A stretch of DNA of 64,000 nt, from positions 96,001 to 160,000 of IMG/VR virus record IMGVR_UViG_3300032281_000616; one strand, 5' to 3'. Shown here piece by piece: positions 37,215-45,585 of the stretch. This stretch comes from a virus (lineage: Duplodnaviria > Caudoviricetes). The notes beneath the pieces were generated by a model. It was not told the DNA's origin and did not search any database. It saw only the letters and a program-made list of their open reading frames with translations. A program made the translations under genes and the position numbers. How positions within the stretch are numbered: position 1 is the stretch's first letter; each line of letters begins with the position of its first letter.

Positions 37215-38939
37215 TTATTTAATTCTACTCAATAATTGAGAAAAGGTTTTTATTTTGCTTTCTTTAAATTGGAAGTATCCTTGTTCTGGGGGAGATTTTC
37301 TAGAGCGTAATGTGAGAACTGGAATTTCTTCTCGACCAGTTTGAACAGCACCAGAATGTAAGTAATTATAGAAATTGTTTATTTGATTTTGATAATCGTC
37401 AAAATGAATATTTAAAGATTTGAATATTTTAAAATCTCTCAAATAATTATCAAGAGACATATCTTCATCAAATGAAGGAATATATGAAATAACTATTTTC
37501 CCTCGTTCTTCTTCCACATATATATGATTAACGTTTTTTCTAATGGGTGAGAAAAATTTCTCTTCCAAGGCTGCTTGTTTAATTCTCATATTTCTGTCTT
37601 CTGGATATGTTTTCACTGGATTGTCGAATGTCAACACGAAAAAATTTGATCTTTTTCTCTCTGTCTTTTCGAAGGTGTTTCGGTATTTATCTGAAACAAT
37701 ATTATCCAAAACTTTATTTTTAAAGGTTTTCCATGAAGATGAGATATAGCCTTTCTCTAATAGATTTTCATTTAAACGCTCTTCGAATTTTTCTATATCA
37801 CTTTCATAACTATCATCGTAATTCCTCAAGTCATCTAAAAAAGACCTTAGTTTATCCATTCTGGTTTTAGATCGATAATCTGATTGGCTATCATACTCGA
37901 TAGTAACATTTACCCCATCTTCTGAAAAATTATCGGAATACAAATAATCTGGATATATATTAATATCATTCAGAGCATTTTTTACTATCTCTATAAAATC
38001 TCTATCATCAAAATAATCTTCCAGTCCTTCAAAATTATAAGTGATAAATCCAATAGCATTATAATACTCATCAGATATATCATCTGTATTCAAATGATAA
38101 TGTTTAAAATCGTATTGAGAAACTAAATCATTCAATTGTTTTTCAACATACTCAGCGATAATTCCATCGTATCCCTCACCGACCCGTTCATTATAACTAA
38201 CTAAAGCGTCCTCAGAATTATCATTAGCCACTACATATTTGGTCATCTTTTCAGTCTCCATCATGTCAATCTGATTCTGATTCAGAGATGTATCGCGGTC
38301 TTGAACATCCATGCATTGATTAGAGTCCAAATGAAGTAAAGTATATGGTTCATCATTTTCTGTGAAATAATAATACGGAGCACCATAATTATCAAAGTAT
38401 CGAGGATCTTTGACACACCACTTCGTATTACGAAAATGTTTAGCACCAGCTTCAGATTCGGTAACTACATACAATTTATATTCATCATACTCCTCCATTA
38501 GAGTAATACCTTTCTCCTTCTCCCTTACCATCTCACCCTTGGTCTTAATACCCGAAAACTTATCAACCACTTCAGCTAAGTCTCCATAAGATTTAAAACG
38601 ATTTATGTCCCTATACTCTGCTGGAAATTGAGGTTTTATTTTAAGAGTGGTGAATAGTTTTAGAGTGTTGTTTACTTTATCCGAATCTTCTTCCCCTCTC
38701 AAAATACCGTTCTTAAACATCTTAAGAATCCAATTCAGGTACATTCCATTAGGGGATGGATCAAACATCTCGGAAACCCACCGAATAAAGTCGGCTTTAT
38801 TGTCATCGTTTTCAATCTTAAAACCACCTATATTGTTTGATAAAGGAACCAAGGATAAGAGCTTTGGTATTTTTTCTTCCACGCCTTCTTCTAATAAAGT
38901 CGAATAAATGTCGGATAATTCACACAAGGATAAATGCAT
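37215..38939 (-). CDS. Large hypothetical late protein
   Basis: TAAATA-N5-ATG sets the start at 38939; FDPSPNGMYLNWI, DINRFKSY, TKWCV motifs. Confidence 0.75.
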   Translation of the reverse strand: MHLSLCELSDIYSTLLEEGVEEKIPKLLSLVPLSNNIGGFKIENDDNKADFIRWVSEMFDPSPNGMYLNWILKMFKNGILRGEEDSDKVNNTLKLFTTLKIKPQFPAEYRDINRFKSYGDLAEVVDKFSGIKTKGEMVREKEKGITLMEEYDEYKLYVVTESEAGAKHFRNTKWCVKDPRYFDNYGAPYYYFTENDEPYTLLHLDSNQCMDVQDRDTSLNQNQIDMMETEKMTKYVVANDNSEDALVSYNERVGEGYDGIIAEYVEKQLNDLVSQYDFKHYHLNTDDISDEYYNAIGFITYNFEGLEDYFDDRDFIEIVKNALNDINIYPDYLYSDNFSEDGVNVTIEYDSQSDYRSKTRMDKLRSFLDDLRNYDDSYESDIEKFEERLNENLLEKGYISSSWKTFKNKVLDNIVSDKYRNTFEKTERKRSNFFVLTFDNPVKTYPEDRNMRIKQAALEEKFFSPIRKNVNHIYVEEERGKIVISYIPSFDEDMSLDNYLRDFKIFKSLNIHFDDYQNQINNFYNYLHSGAVQTGREEIPVLTLRSRKSPPEQGYFQFKESKIKTFSQLLSRIK

Positions 38940-38953
38940 AATAGTATTTATGC

Positions 38954-38990
38954 TTGACTTAAGCAAAATCGATGGTATAATATACTCATG
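38954..38990 (+). promoter_or_regulatory. Sigma70-type promoter with the ATG at the predicted +1
   Basis: TTGACT-N16-TATAAT-N6-ATG. Confidence 0.75.
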
Positions 38991-39638
38991 CCTTATTTAA
39001 ATCACAACGTTCCAACAATCACCTGCCTGATTCGCAATCAATATCTTTTTAATCATGAAAGCGGCCATGGTGAATACTCGCTGTGTGATGTGCATAGTGT
39101 TGCCTCTATGGAAAAAAGAGTTCCCCTATTCGAAGCATTTTTAACAAATGGTGTGAACTGGACTAGAAGACCAATTACCGCTTTTTGTTGGAAAGAATGT
39201 GAACCTGTCAACTTAGAGGAAGCAATGTATTGGGATTGTTTCAGCCCATATATAGATGTAAACGTGAGAGCAAGAATGAAAAACCTAAGAGCGAAACTTA
39301 TCACCCCAAGTAATGAGAAAAAATGGGGAGAATATATGATGACTCTCGATTGGGGGTGGGAAAATAAAGCAATGATTGATACGAATTTTAGCGAAACTCC
39401 AGAACATAAGTGTGGACACTTATTTAAAATGGATAATGGTAATTTTTATATCTACCCAAATAATAGAATTATATGGCATGATGATGCATGGGTCGATACT
39501 CCACTCGATAAAAATCCCAATTACAAAATTGATCTAACCGTATATAGCGTAGAAAACAAACGACATCAATTCACAGATGATAGCTATATGACCGAATTTA
39601 AAAACACCCCACCTTCAAAAAACACTGAATTGGAATAA
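38988..39638 (+). CDS. Hypothetical protein
   Basis: YLNHNVP, WDCFS, HKCGH, YPNNRI motifs. Confidence 0.8.
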   Translation: MPYLNHNVPTITCLIRNQYLFNHESGHGEYSLCDVHSVASMEKRVPLFEAFLTNGVNWTRRPITAFCWKECEPVNLEEAMYWDCFSPYIDVNVRARMKNLRAKLITPSNEKKWGEYMMTLDWGWENKAMIDTNFSETPEHKCGHLFKMDNGNFYIYPNNRIIWHDDAWVDTPLDKNPNYKIDLTVYSVENKRHQFTDDSYMTEFKNTPPSKNTELE

Positions 39639-39723
39639 ATGTAATGCGTTGCTGTGGCGATATCATGGATAATAAAAAAATCCTATATAAAATGAAAAAA
39701 AAAATACAAAAAAATTTTTTAAG

Positions 39724-39813
39724 CTATACAGGAAAATTGAGAAAATTTATTAAAAAATATATTTTTCTATACAGGAAAATTGAGAAAATTTATTAAAAAA
39801 TATATTTTTCTAT
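39724..39813. repeat. 43-bp tandem repeat (2 copies plus 4 nt) in a very AT-rich tract
   Basis: CTATACAGGAAAATTGAGAAAATTTATTAAAAAATATATTTTT at 39724-39766 and 39767-39809. Confidence 0.92.
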
Positions 39814-39866
39814 GGCCCCCTCCCCATCCATAAAACACTAGCATACCTATCCAATTCCTAACGCAA

Positions 39867-39898
39867 GCATACTCTAGTGTTTCATCACTAGAGTATGC
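39867..39898. repeat. 13-bp perfect inverted repeat built on the AAACACTA motif
   Basis: GCATACTCTAGTG-TTTCAT-CACTAGAGTATGC. Confidence 0.9.
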
Positions 39899-39939
39899 AG
39901 GGGCATCGATCATTACAACCGATGCCCCTTCCTAGTGTT

Positions 39940-40161
39940 TCAACTCCAGAGGAGTTCGTTGAGTTCGAACTGGTCAACCTTGCGCACGTTGCAGGCAGCG
40001 GCGGACCTCCTTTGTTGCGGGCTCCAAGGCTTAGGGCCGAAGGCATCATGGAAAGCCTCCTCTTCACTGTCACCATGCCCTAGTAGGCACTGGCGTTTGA
40101 GATACGCGGAGCGTTTGGTGATGACATAGGCGGCGGTATCAGGCGTTAATGTGGTGGACAT
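39940..40161 (-). CDS. Small GC-rich hypothetical protein
   Basis: Motif promoter with N6-ATG; TGA stop overlaps the next motif. Confidence 0.75.
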   Translation of the reverse strand: MSTTLTPDTAAYVITKRSAYLKRQCLLGHGDSEEEAFHDAFGPKPWSPQQRRSAAACNVRKVDQFELNELLWS

Positions 40162-40584
40162 GATTGAATTCTATTCTAGTGTTTCAAACGGAAAGGGGTG
40201 GCCTCGCGGGGAATCGAACCCTCATAATCTGTCCGGGGGTAGCTATTCCCCATCTCCACCTCACGCTTGCAATCGCTGGCGGTTGATTATGTTTTTCCTA
40301 GCCCTCTTCAAGGGCTACCCGCACCGAGCGGAAAAGGCATTTAAGCTACTTACATCCTATCTTAGTGTTTCATCCGCTGGGTGGCTTCGTCACTCTCCTT
40401 GGCAATGACTAGCAAGTGGAGTAAAAAGGAACGGGTGAACTATCGCCACCCAGCGGCATCATCATTCTGCTCTAGTGTTTCATCCTCTGAAGCACTTTCG
40501 AAAGCTCTTAGAATCGCTTCCAAGCTCTCGAAAGTGCCGCCCCTTGTCCGGGTTAGGGACAAGGGGCGGGAAGGGCTTGGAGGG

Positions 40585-41085
40585 TTATTCCGCTGCGGTT
40601 GCGGGGGCGGTTGCAGTCGCCACCATTGCGGCAATCGCATCTTCAGACAATCCAAGGGCCGCGCCATACTTACGAATTTGAGCAACCAACCCATCGATGG
40701 TCGGCGTCTTGCTAACGGTTTCAGAATAGTCGCGAACCTTAATCGCTTCCCATGCCTCCCCGATCAAATCCTTGGTTTCGAAAACAGGGTTGCCGTCCTC
40801 ATCCAAGGCTTGCACCTCAACAGCTTCCCCATCGACTTCGACCGATTCCATCACTGGCACGGTTTTGAAGCGGCGATCCGTTGCGACCTTGTAAAGCACC
40901 TCAAAGCACTCTTTTTCAGACATAGGGATGGGAGGGGCCTTGGCAACGGCAGCGGGGCGGGTGAAGCCCTTGCGGAGTTCAGTGGCCTCATTTTTGAGGT
41001 TTTCTGTGATTCCGAACGTGAATTGAACGGGCTTCTTAGCAGTTGCGGTTGGGGCGGCGATAGGGGTAGTAGTGGTGGTTTGCAT
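40585..41085 (-). CDS. Ala/Thr-rich hypothetical protein
   Basis: 166 aa, GC-rich codons, motif promoter at 41104. Confidence 0.75.
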   Translation of the reverse strand: MQTTTTTPIAAPTATAKKPVQFTFGITENLKNEATELRKGFTRPAAVAKAPPIPMSEKECFEVLYKVATDRRFKTVPVMESVEVDGEAVEVQALDEDGNPVFETKDLIGEAWEAIKVRDYSETVSKTPTIDGLVAQIRKYGAALGLSEDAIAAMVATATAPATAAE

Positions 41086-41193
41086 AACGTCTATATTCTA
41101 TCTTAGTGTTTTATTCGACTTGCTTCTTTCGAGAGCTTCCCGCATCCTTTCTGGTAGGATGAACCATTTCGTGCTTTCATTCTGTCCTAGTGT

Positions 41194-41274
41194 TTAATGC
41201 TCTTTGCTTTCGAGGTAGGCATCCAATAGGGCATCGTTCTTTTCGGTGGAGTCGGTGGGAATCATGATGATCAT
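41194..41274 (-). CDS. Micro-ORF (26 aa)
   Basis: MIIMIPTDSTEKNDALLDAYLESKEH; bracketed by motifs at 41292 and 41188; stop lies inside the motif. Confidence 0.55.
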   Translation of the reverse strand: MIIMIPTDSTEKNDALLDAYLESKEH

Positions 41275-41437
41275 GCCCCTTCATTCTGCTCTAGTGTTTC
41301 AACGACCCACTCACCCGCTTTTTTCATTCCCTTATGTATAGGATGGGAATCGGGGGCGTTTTCTAAATATACGGCGAAACAAATCAGGAGAATTATGGCG
41401 GAAAGATATTTCATCCCCTCTATTCTATCCTAGTGTT

Positions 41438-41605
41438 TTATCGTTTCTTGAAGTCCGAAAAACCAATCATAAGACTCCAAAAGTGAATCCACTTCTTAAT
41501 CTTAGCAATTCTGGTCTTATTCAATACTCTCACAGTCTTATTTACTGGAGTCAAAGTATCATAGTACCTACCAGAGATCTTATCTGTATAGTTGATGGGT
41601 TTCAT
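41438..41605 (-). CDS. Micro-ORF (55 aa)
   Basis: MKPINYTDKISGRYY...; motif at 41624; TAA inside the motif at 41431. Confidence 0.65.
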   Translation of the reverse strand: MKPINYTDKISGRYYDTLTPVNKTVRVLNKTRIAKIKKWIHFWSLMIGFSDFKKR

Positions 41606-42068
41606 GGTAAACTAATTCTACCCTAGTGTTTTATAAACAATTTTAGCGGAAGAAATCATGATAATTTTCCGCTTGCGTTCTTTAGGATATGTTTTTTTAT
41701 CAGTATGGTTGAAAGACCCGAGATTGTTGAAAAGGCATCGAACCTTTATTAGTATCATTTCATTTATCTAGTTTGTTACAGTAACTTTCTGCTTGGGAAT
41801 GTTATAGCAGTCTCCCTTCTCTATCTTATCAGGAATCATTATCATGGAGGCAGTTCAGTGAACCTTATCCCCGCTTATAGTAAGAGGATCTTTTAAGACA
41901 ATATTATTTAGTCTGGTGATCGTATTTTTATATATAAGAAAGTGTGTCCCCCTCCCGTTCCATCACCACATATTCATCGGGAGGGGGACTGTTTACCACC
42001 ACAGTAAATGTTTTATTAGATCATGGCAAGTTTGTCAGATCAATAAAGTTATTAAATTGATAAAGTTA

Positions 42069-42170
42069 TCATGACAAACTCCTATAGAGATTGTATAACT
42101 CTTCTCGATGCCATTCATCGATATACAATTCTCTATCCAATCTTATCCTCAACCATTCTTTCAGTCGCAT
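42069..42170 (-). CDS. Micro-ORF (33 aa)
   Basis: GAACACTA-GCG-TAGACT-N6-ATG; MRLKEWLRIRLDRELYIDEWHREELYNLYRSLS. Confidence 0.55.
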   Translation of the reverse strand: MRLKEWLRIRLDRELYIDEWHREELYNLYRSLS

Positions 42171-42295
42171 GTCCTTAGTCTACGCTAGTGTTCTATTGAT
42201 ATATTCCAGTGCAAGTTTTCTACCACACTTTGATCAATCTGTCAAATCAACTTTTTTATTAGATTGATTTAATTGTCAGATCAAAGTAATAATAG

Positions 42296-42523
42296 TTATG
42301 ATTCAAAGGTATCTACGATCATATTGTAGAACTTACAGGCGAATTCCTCATCAGATTTGATACCCGGAAGATTACATATCTTCCATGATTTTTCCTCGAT
42401 AAGATTTTCTATAGTAACAGAACTAGTATTACCTACAATCAAACCGAGATACTTCAGTTCATTCTCAGTAAGTTCAAGGGTAAAAATACGCTCAGATGGA
42501 GGAGTAATATTAGTAATTTTCAT
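42296..42523 (-). CDS. Hypothetical protein
   Basis: Motif promoter with N6-ATG. Confidence 0.75.
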   Translation of the reverse strand: MKITNITPPSERIFTLELTENELKYLGLIVGNTSSVTIENLIEEKSWKICNLPGIKSDEEFACKFYNMIVDTFES

Positions 42524-42544
42524 AGTGTTATTCTAGGTTAGTGT

Positions 42545-42847
42545 TTATTGCTTAGAACCCCATGCCAAGAGTTCCTGATAGGTTTCAAACTCGTAAATCT
42601 TAACATTACCTTCATCATTGAGCATCTTCATACATTCTTGAAGAGTCTCAGTTCCTTCAGAATACCAGTTATTACCCTCAGTCATAGAGAAAAAGAATTT
42701 GGGTTTGAATGATAGTTTACCCATATCATCAGATGCAATATATCCCGGATAGTTATCAGATGAAATGAATCCATAATACTTCATGGAATTCACCTCTTTA
42801 ATATCTACAACGGACTTACTTTGCTCCTCAAAAATTACAGTCTTCAT
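42545..42847 (-). CDS. Hypothetical protein, paralogue of 42968-43261
   Basis: Shared EVNS.K.YGF...TEGN.W...YxFxTxxEL..W pattern. Confidence 0.75.
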   Translation of the reverse strand: MKTVIFEEQSKSVVDIKEVNSMKYYGFISSDNYPGYIASDDMGKLSFKPKFFFSMTEGNNWYSEGTETLQECMKMLNDEGNVKIYEFETYQELLAWGSKQ

Positions 42848-42884
42848 ATACGTTTATTCTATTCTAGTGTTCTATAAGAAAAAG

Positions 42885-42946
42885 AAACCCTCTCTGAGTC
42901 ATGATGAAAAACAAACGGCATTTGTTAATATACTCAGAGAGGGTTT
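42885..42946. terminator. 15-bp inverted repeat (terminator-like, 32-nt loop)
   Basis: AAACCCTCTCTGAGT ... ACTCAGAGAGGGTTT. Confidence 0.6.
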
Positions 42947-42967
42947 TACACCACCATGATGCAAACT

Positions 42968-43261
42968 TTATTCAGCCAACCAAGTAAACAATTCTTTAGA
43001 AGTATCGAATTGATATACTGTGAAGTTTTTATTCAAAAGATTTTCGATTGTACCTTGAAGATTACTTCGTGAATGTGAAGGCCATGAATTTCCTTCAGTC
43101 AATTCTGTAATGGCTTTCATTTGATAATTTCCACCACCATAACTCACTCTTGAAATAAATCCTTTTGAATTTGTATGATTCTGAACAAACCCATAAAATT
43201 TATACGAATTCACTTCTGATACATTTACTGTATCCCGACTTGTATTGATCACTTCTTTCAT
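42968..43261 (-). CDS. Hypothetical protein, paralogue of 42545-42847
   Basis: Same shared pattern as its paralogue. Confidence 0.75.
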   Translation of the reverse strand: MKEVINTSRDTVNVSEVNSYKFYGFVQNHTNSKGFISRVSYGGGNYQMKAITELTEGNSWPSHSRSNLQGTIENLLNKNFTVYQFDTSKELFTWLAE

Positions 43262-43300
43262 ATATTCTTGTATTCTTTGAATTTCTTTGTTTCGTTGGAT

Positions 43301-43888
43301 TTAGATATTCTCAGCCAACTTAATGAGTTCTTTTACCGTATCCAGAGGAATAGTTTGGCATCCTACCACAACCTTATCCTCATAAACCTTGGCTGTATAC
43401 TCATCGGAGATCTTCAGTTCCTTATATTCTCCGAGTGGGGTGACACTCTCGAATGGTACACATACACCACTATCAGTACAAACTACACAGAACTCATGGG
43501 TTTTAAGATAATCATGAACTAAATCAGATTTATTGCTTGTTGATTCCTTGGATACCAAAACAACATTCTTAACCTTTATATGGGCAAATGAACCATTAAC
43601 ATAGGATACCTTTTTACCAATAAGTTTGGTGGCTGCTTTGAATTGTTTCATATAGTCTGGTTCAGAACTTACCAGTTCAAACTTATCATCATCCCACCAA
43701 GAACGATCATTACCCTTAGAATCGACAATATGGATGTCTCTTCCATTACTACCGATTTCATTGATTGTATATGTTTCACTTACATCATAATCGAATGATC
43801 CATAATGCTTAGGGAGTAGTTTTACTTTGTATCCGATTTTCAAGCCTGCTGGTGTTGTTGTTTTTTCTTTCATTGTGATGATATTCAT
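43301..43888 (-). CDS. Hypothetical protein; C-terminus shared with 43893-44420
   Basis: YTAKVYEDKVVVGCQTIP. Confidence 0.75.
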   Translation of the reverse strand: MNIITMKEKTTTPAGLKIGYKVKLLPKHYGSFDYDVSETYTINEIGSNGRDIHIVDSKGNDRSWWDDDKFELVSSEPDYMKQFKAATKLIGKKVSYVNGSFAHIKVKNVVLVSKESTSNKSDLVHDYLKTHEFCVVCTDSGVCVPFESVTPLGEYKELKISDEYTAKVYEDKVVVGCQTIPLDTVKELIKLAENI

Positions 43889-43892
43889 AGTT

Positions 43893-44420
43893 TTATGACA
43901 ATTTCTTATGTAATTCTACAATTTCTTCTACCTTGGACCAAGGGATGAATTGGCATCCTACTTTAATGAAATCTTTCTCCACAATAGCTTCATAATCTCC
44001 CACATCCTTAACAATGTTTGATACAATAGTTAGTTGGTTTACTGGGATGACTAAATCATTGGTCATTCTGAGGGCTACAGAAAAGCCATTCCTTTTAATA
44101 TCATCAGTGACTAAAGCGGATGATCTATTAGTAGGTTTGGTAAAGATTTCGATACTTTCTGGAGTGTATGTATCAATAAACATAGTAACAATCTTACCAG
44201 ATTGAAGAATGTCATAAGCCTTATTTACTAATTCTTTCATAGTTTCGGGCTTATCAACAACTTCAAATCTAACAGTGAAGAATGATTCATCGGTTCCTTC
44301 TACAAAAAGAAGTTCATCGTCTTCATCATCATAACGATCAAATGTATAAATTTTATCAGCAACCAATGCGAAGTTGGGGTTGATACAACGAATCTTATCA
44401 CCTTTCTTTATATTTTTCAT
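43893..44420 (-). CDS. Hypothetical protein
   Basis: YEAIVEKDFIKVGCQFIP; N-terminal KKGDKIRCI. Confidence 0.75.
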   Translation of the reverse strand: MKNIKKGDKIRCINPNFALVADKIYTFDRYDDEDDELLFVEGTDESFFTVRFEVVDKPETMKELVNKAYDILQSGKIVTMFIDTYTPESIEIFTKPTNRSSALVTDDIKRNGFSVALRMTNDLVIPVNQLTIVSNIVKDVGDYEAIVEKDFIKVGCQFIPWSKVEEIVELHKKLS

Positions 44421-44427
44421 ATGTTGA

Positions 44428-44619
44428 TTAGTATGAGAAGTTTTGTGAGAGGGAAGTAGTCACTCCATTAGTCTTAAAGATAGGAGTTGATCTTGAGCTA
44501 AGGGAACGCTTGATAGAAATGGCACCTTTCTTAGGCTTAGAATATACCATTTGAACCCATGATGTACGAAGCATCTTTTGTGGGGCGCGGAAGTCTGATT
44601 TGTTATTGTTGCTGGACAT
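44428..44619 (-). CDS. Small basic protein
   Basis: Motif promoter with N6-ATG. Confidence 0.6.
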   Translation of the reverse strand: MSSNNNKSDFRAPQKMLRTSWVQMVYSKPKKGAISIKRSLSSRSTPIFKTNGVTTSLSQNFSY

Positions 44620-44647
44620 GCTCTGATTCTAGGTTAGTGTTTGATTA

Positions 44648-44974
44648 TTAAAGATTTGCATCGAATCCATCGCATCCGATAACATTACCCTTATCATCTC
44701 TGATAAGATTACCGGGAGACAATAGATCTTTTCTTGCTGGTGCTGCCATCTTTACCAAGGTTGATACGATATAATAAGTATCATCGACTTGATCCGGTAG
44801 ATCCATGACATCTCCCACTGTATTCTTATAGATAGGAATATTCATGATACTGCAAAGTTCGTGTCTTTGCATATTAACTCTTGGAACCGGATAAGACTTA
44901 TCAGGATCAATCGACATCTTGAAATCTTTTGAGATGATATTGATCGTGTGAGGTGTAAGATTGATGAACTTCAT
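44648..44974 (-). CDS. Hypothetical protein (INLTPH family)
   Basis: Motif sets the start at MKFINLTPH; YYIVS, DLLSPG.LIRD..G.VIGC. Confidence 0.75.
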   Translation of the reverse strand: MKFINLTPHTINIISKDFKMSIDPDKSYPVPRVNMQRHELCSIMNIPIYKNTVGDVMDLPDQVDDTYYIVSTLVKMAAPARKDLLSPGNLIRDDKGNVIGCDGFDANL

Positions 44975-44999
44975 GTCAGTATTCTGCTTTAGTGTTTCA

Positions 45000-45302
45000 T
45001 CAGAGGATTTTCTTGAGAGCACTGAGGAATCTCTTTCCTGAATTACCAGATTTATTCATAATAAATAAACCAGAATTTAGGGCTGCGATTGCACCAATTC
45101 CGCCACAATCAGTTCCCCAGATACTTCCACCCTTCAAAGGAACCATTGAAAGCAAGTGATAGTATTCCCCATCACACTCCACTAACTTATCCATATCGTT
45201 TGGAGTAAATGACTTATGAATAGATATCACCCTATCATTCTTGATATTGATATTCCATCCATACTTTTCACATTCTGATTTGAAGTCTTGTGGGGTGATC
45301 AT
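45000..45302 (-). CDS. Hypothetical protein
   Basis: Motif promoter with N6-ATG; TGA abuts the next motif. Confidence 0.75.
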   Translation of the reverse strand: MITPQDFKSECEKYGWNINIKNDRVISIHKSFTPNDMDKLVECDGEYYHLLSMVPLKGGSIWGTDCGGIGAIAALNSGLFIMNKSGNSGKRFLSALKKIL

Positions 45303-45350
45303 GTTTATATCTTAGGCTAGTGTTTCATGAATACTTAACTCTATTTTTCA

Positions 45351-45509
45351 TTATTCTTGAGAGAATTTATCAATCATCCTACGATACTTTTTCTTTTCCC
45401 TACGCATCGTGCGCTTTTTGGTAGCATTACTACCAACATCGAAACAATCATCGTAATCTTTTTTCCCAGAGTGAATATGAGAACGACTATAATAATTTCG
45501 AACTTGCAT
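45351..45509 (-). CDS. Micro-ORF (52 aa, basic)
   Basis: Motif promoter with N6-ATG; MQVRNYYSRSH...KKRTMRREKKKYRRM. Confidence 0.6.
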   Translation of the reverse strand: MQVRNYYSRSHIHSGKKDYDDCFDVGSNATKKRTMRREKKKYRRMIDKFSQE

Positions 45510-45585
45510 GTCAGTATTCTACTTTAGTGTTTCATCTATCCCAACTCAGGGTAGTTTAATGAGATACCCTAGCTCATTGTTTTGA

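Noticed and set aside
40381-41106. 241-aa plus-strand ORF and other plus-strand ORFs in 39.9-41.1 kb
   Set aside because: Antisense to motif-driven minus-strand genes; GC-rich DNA has few stops
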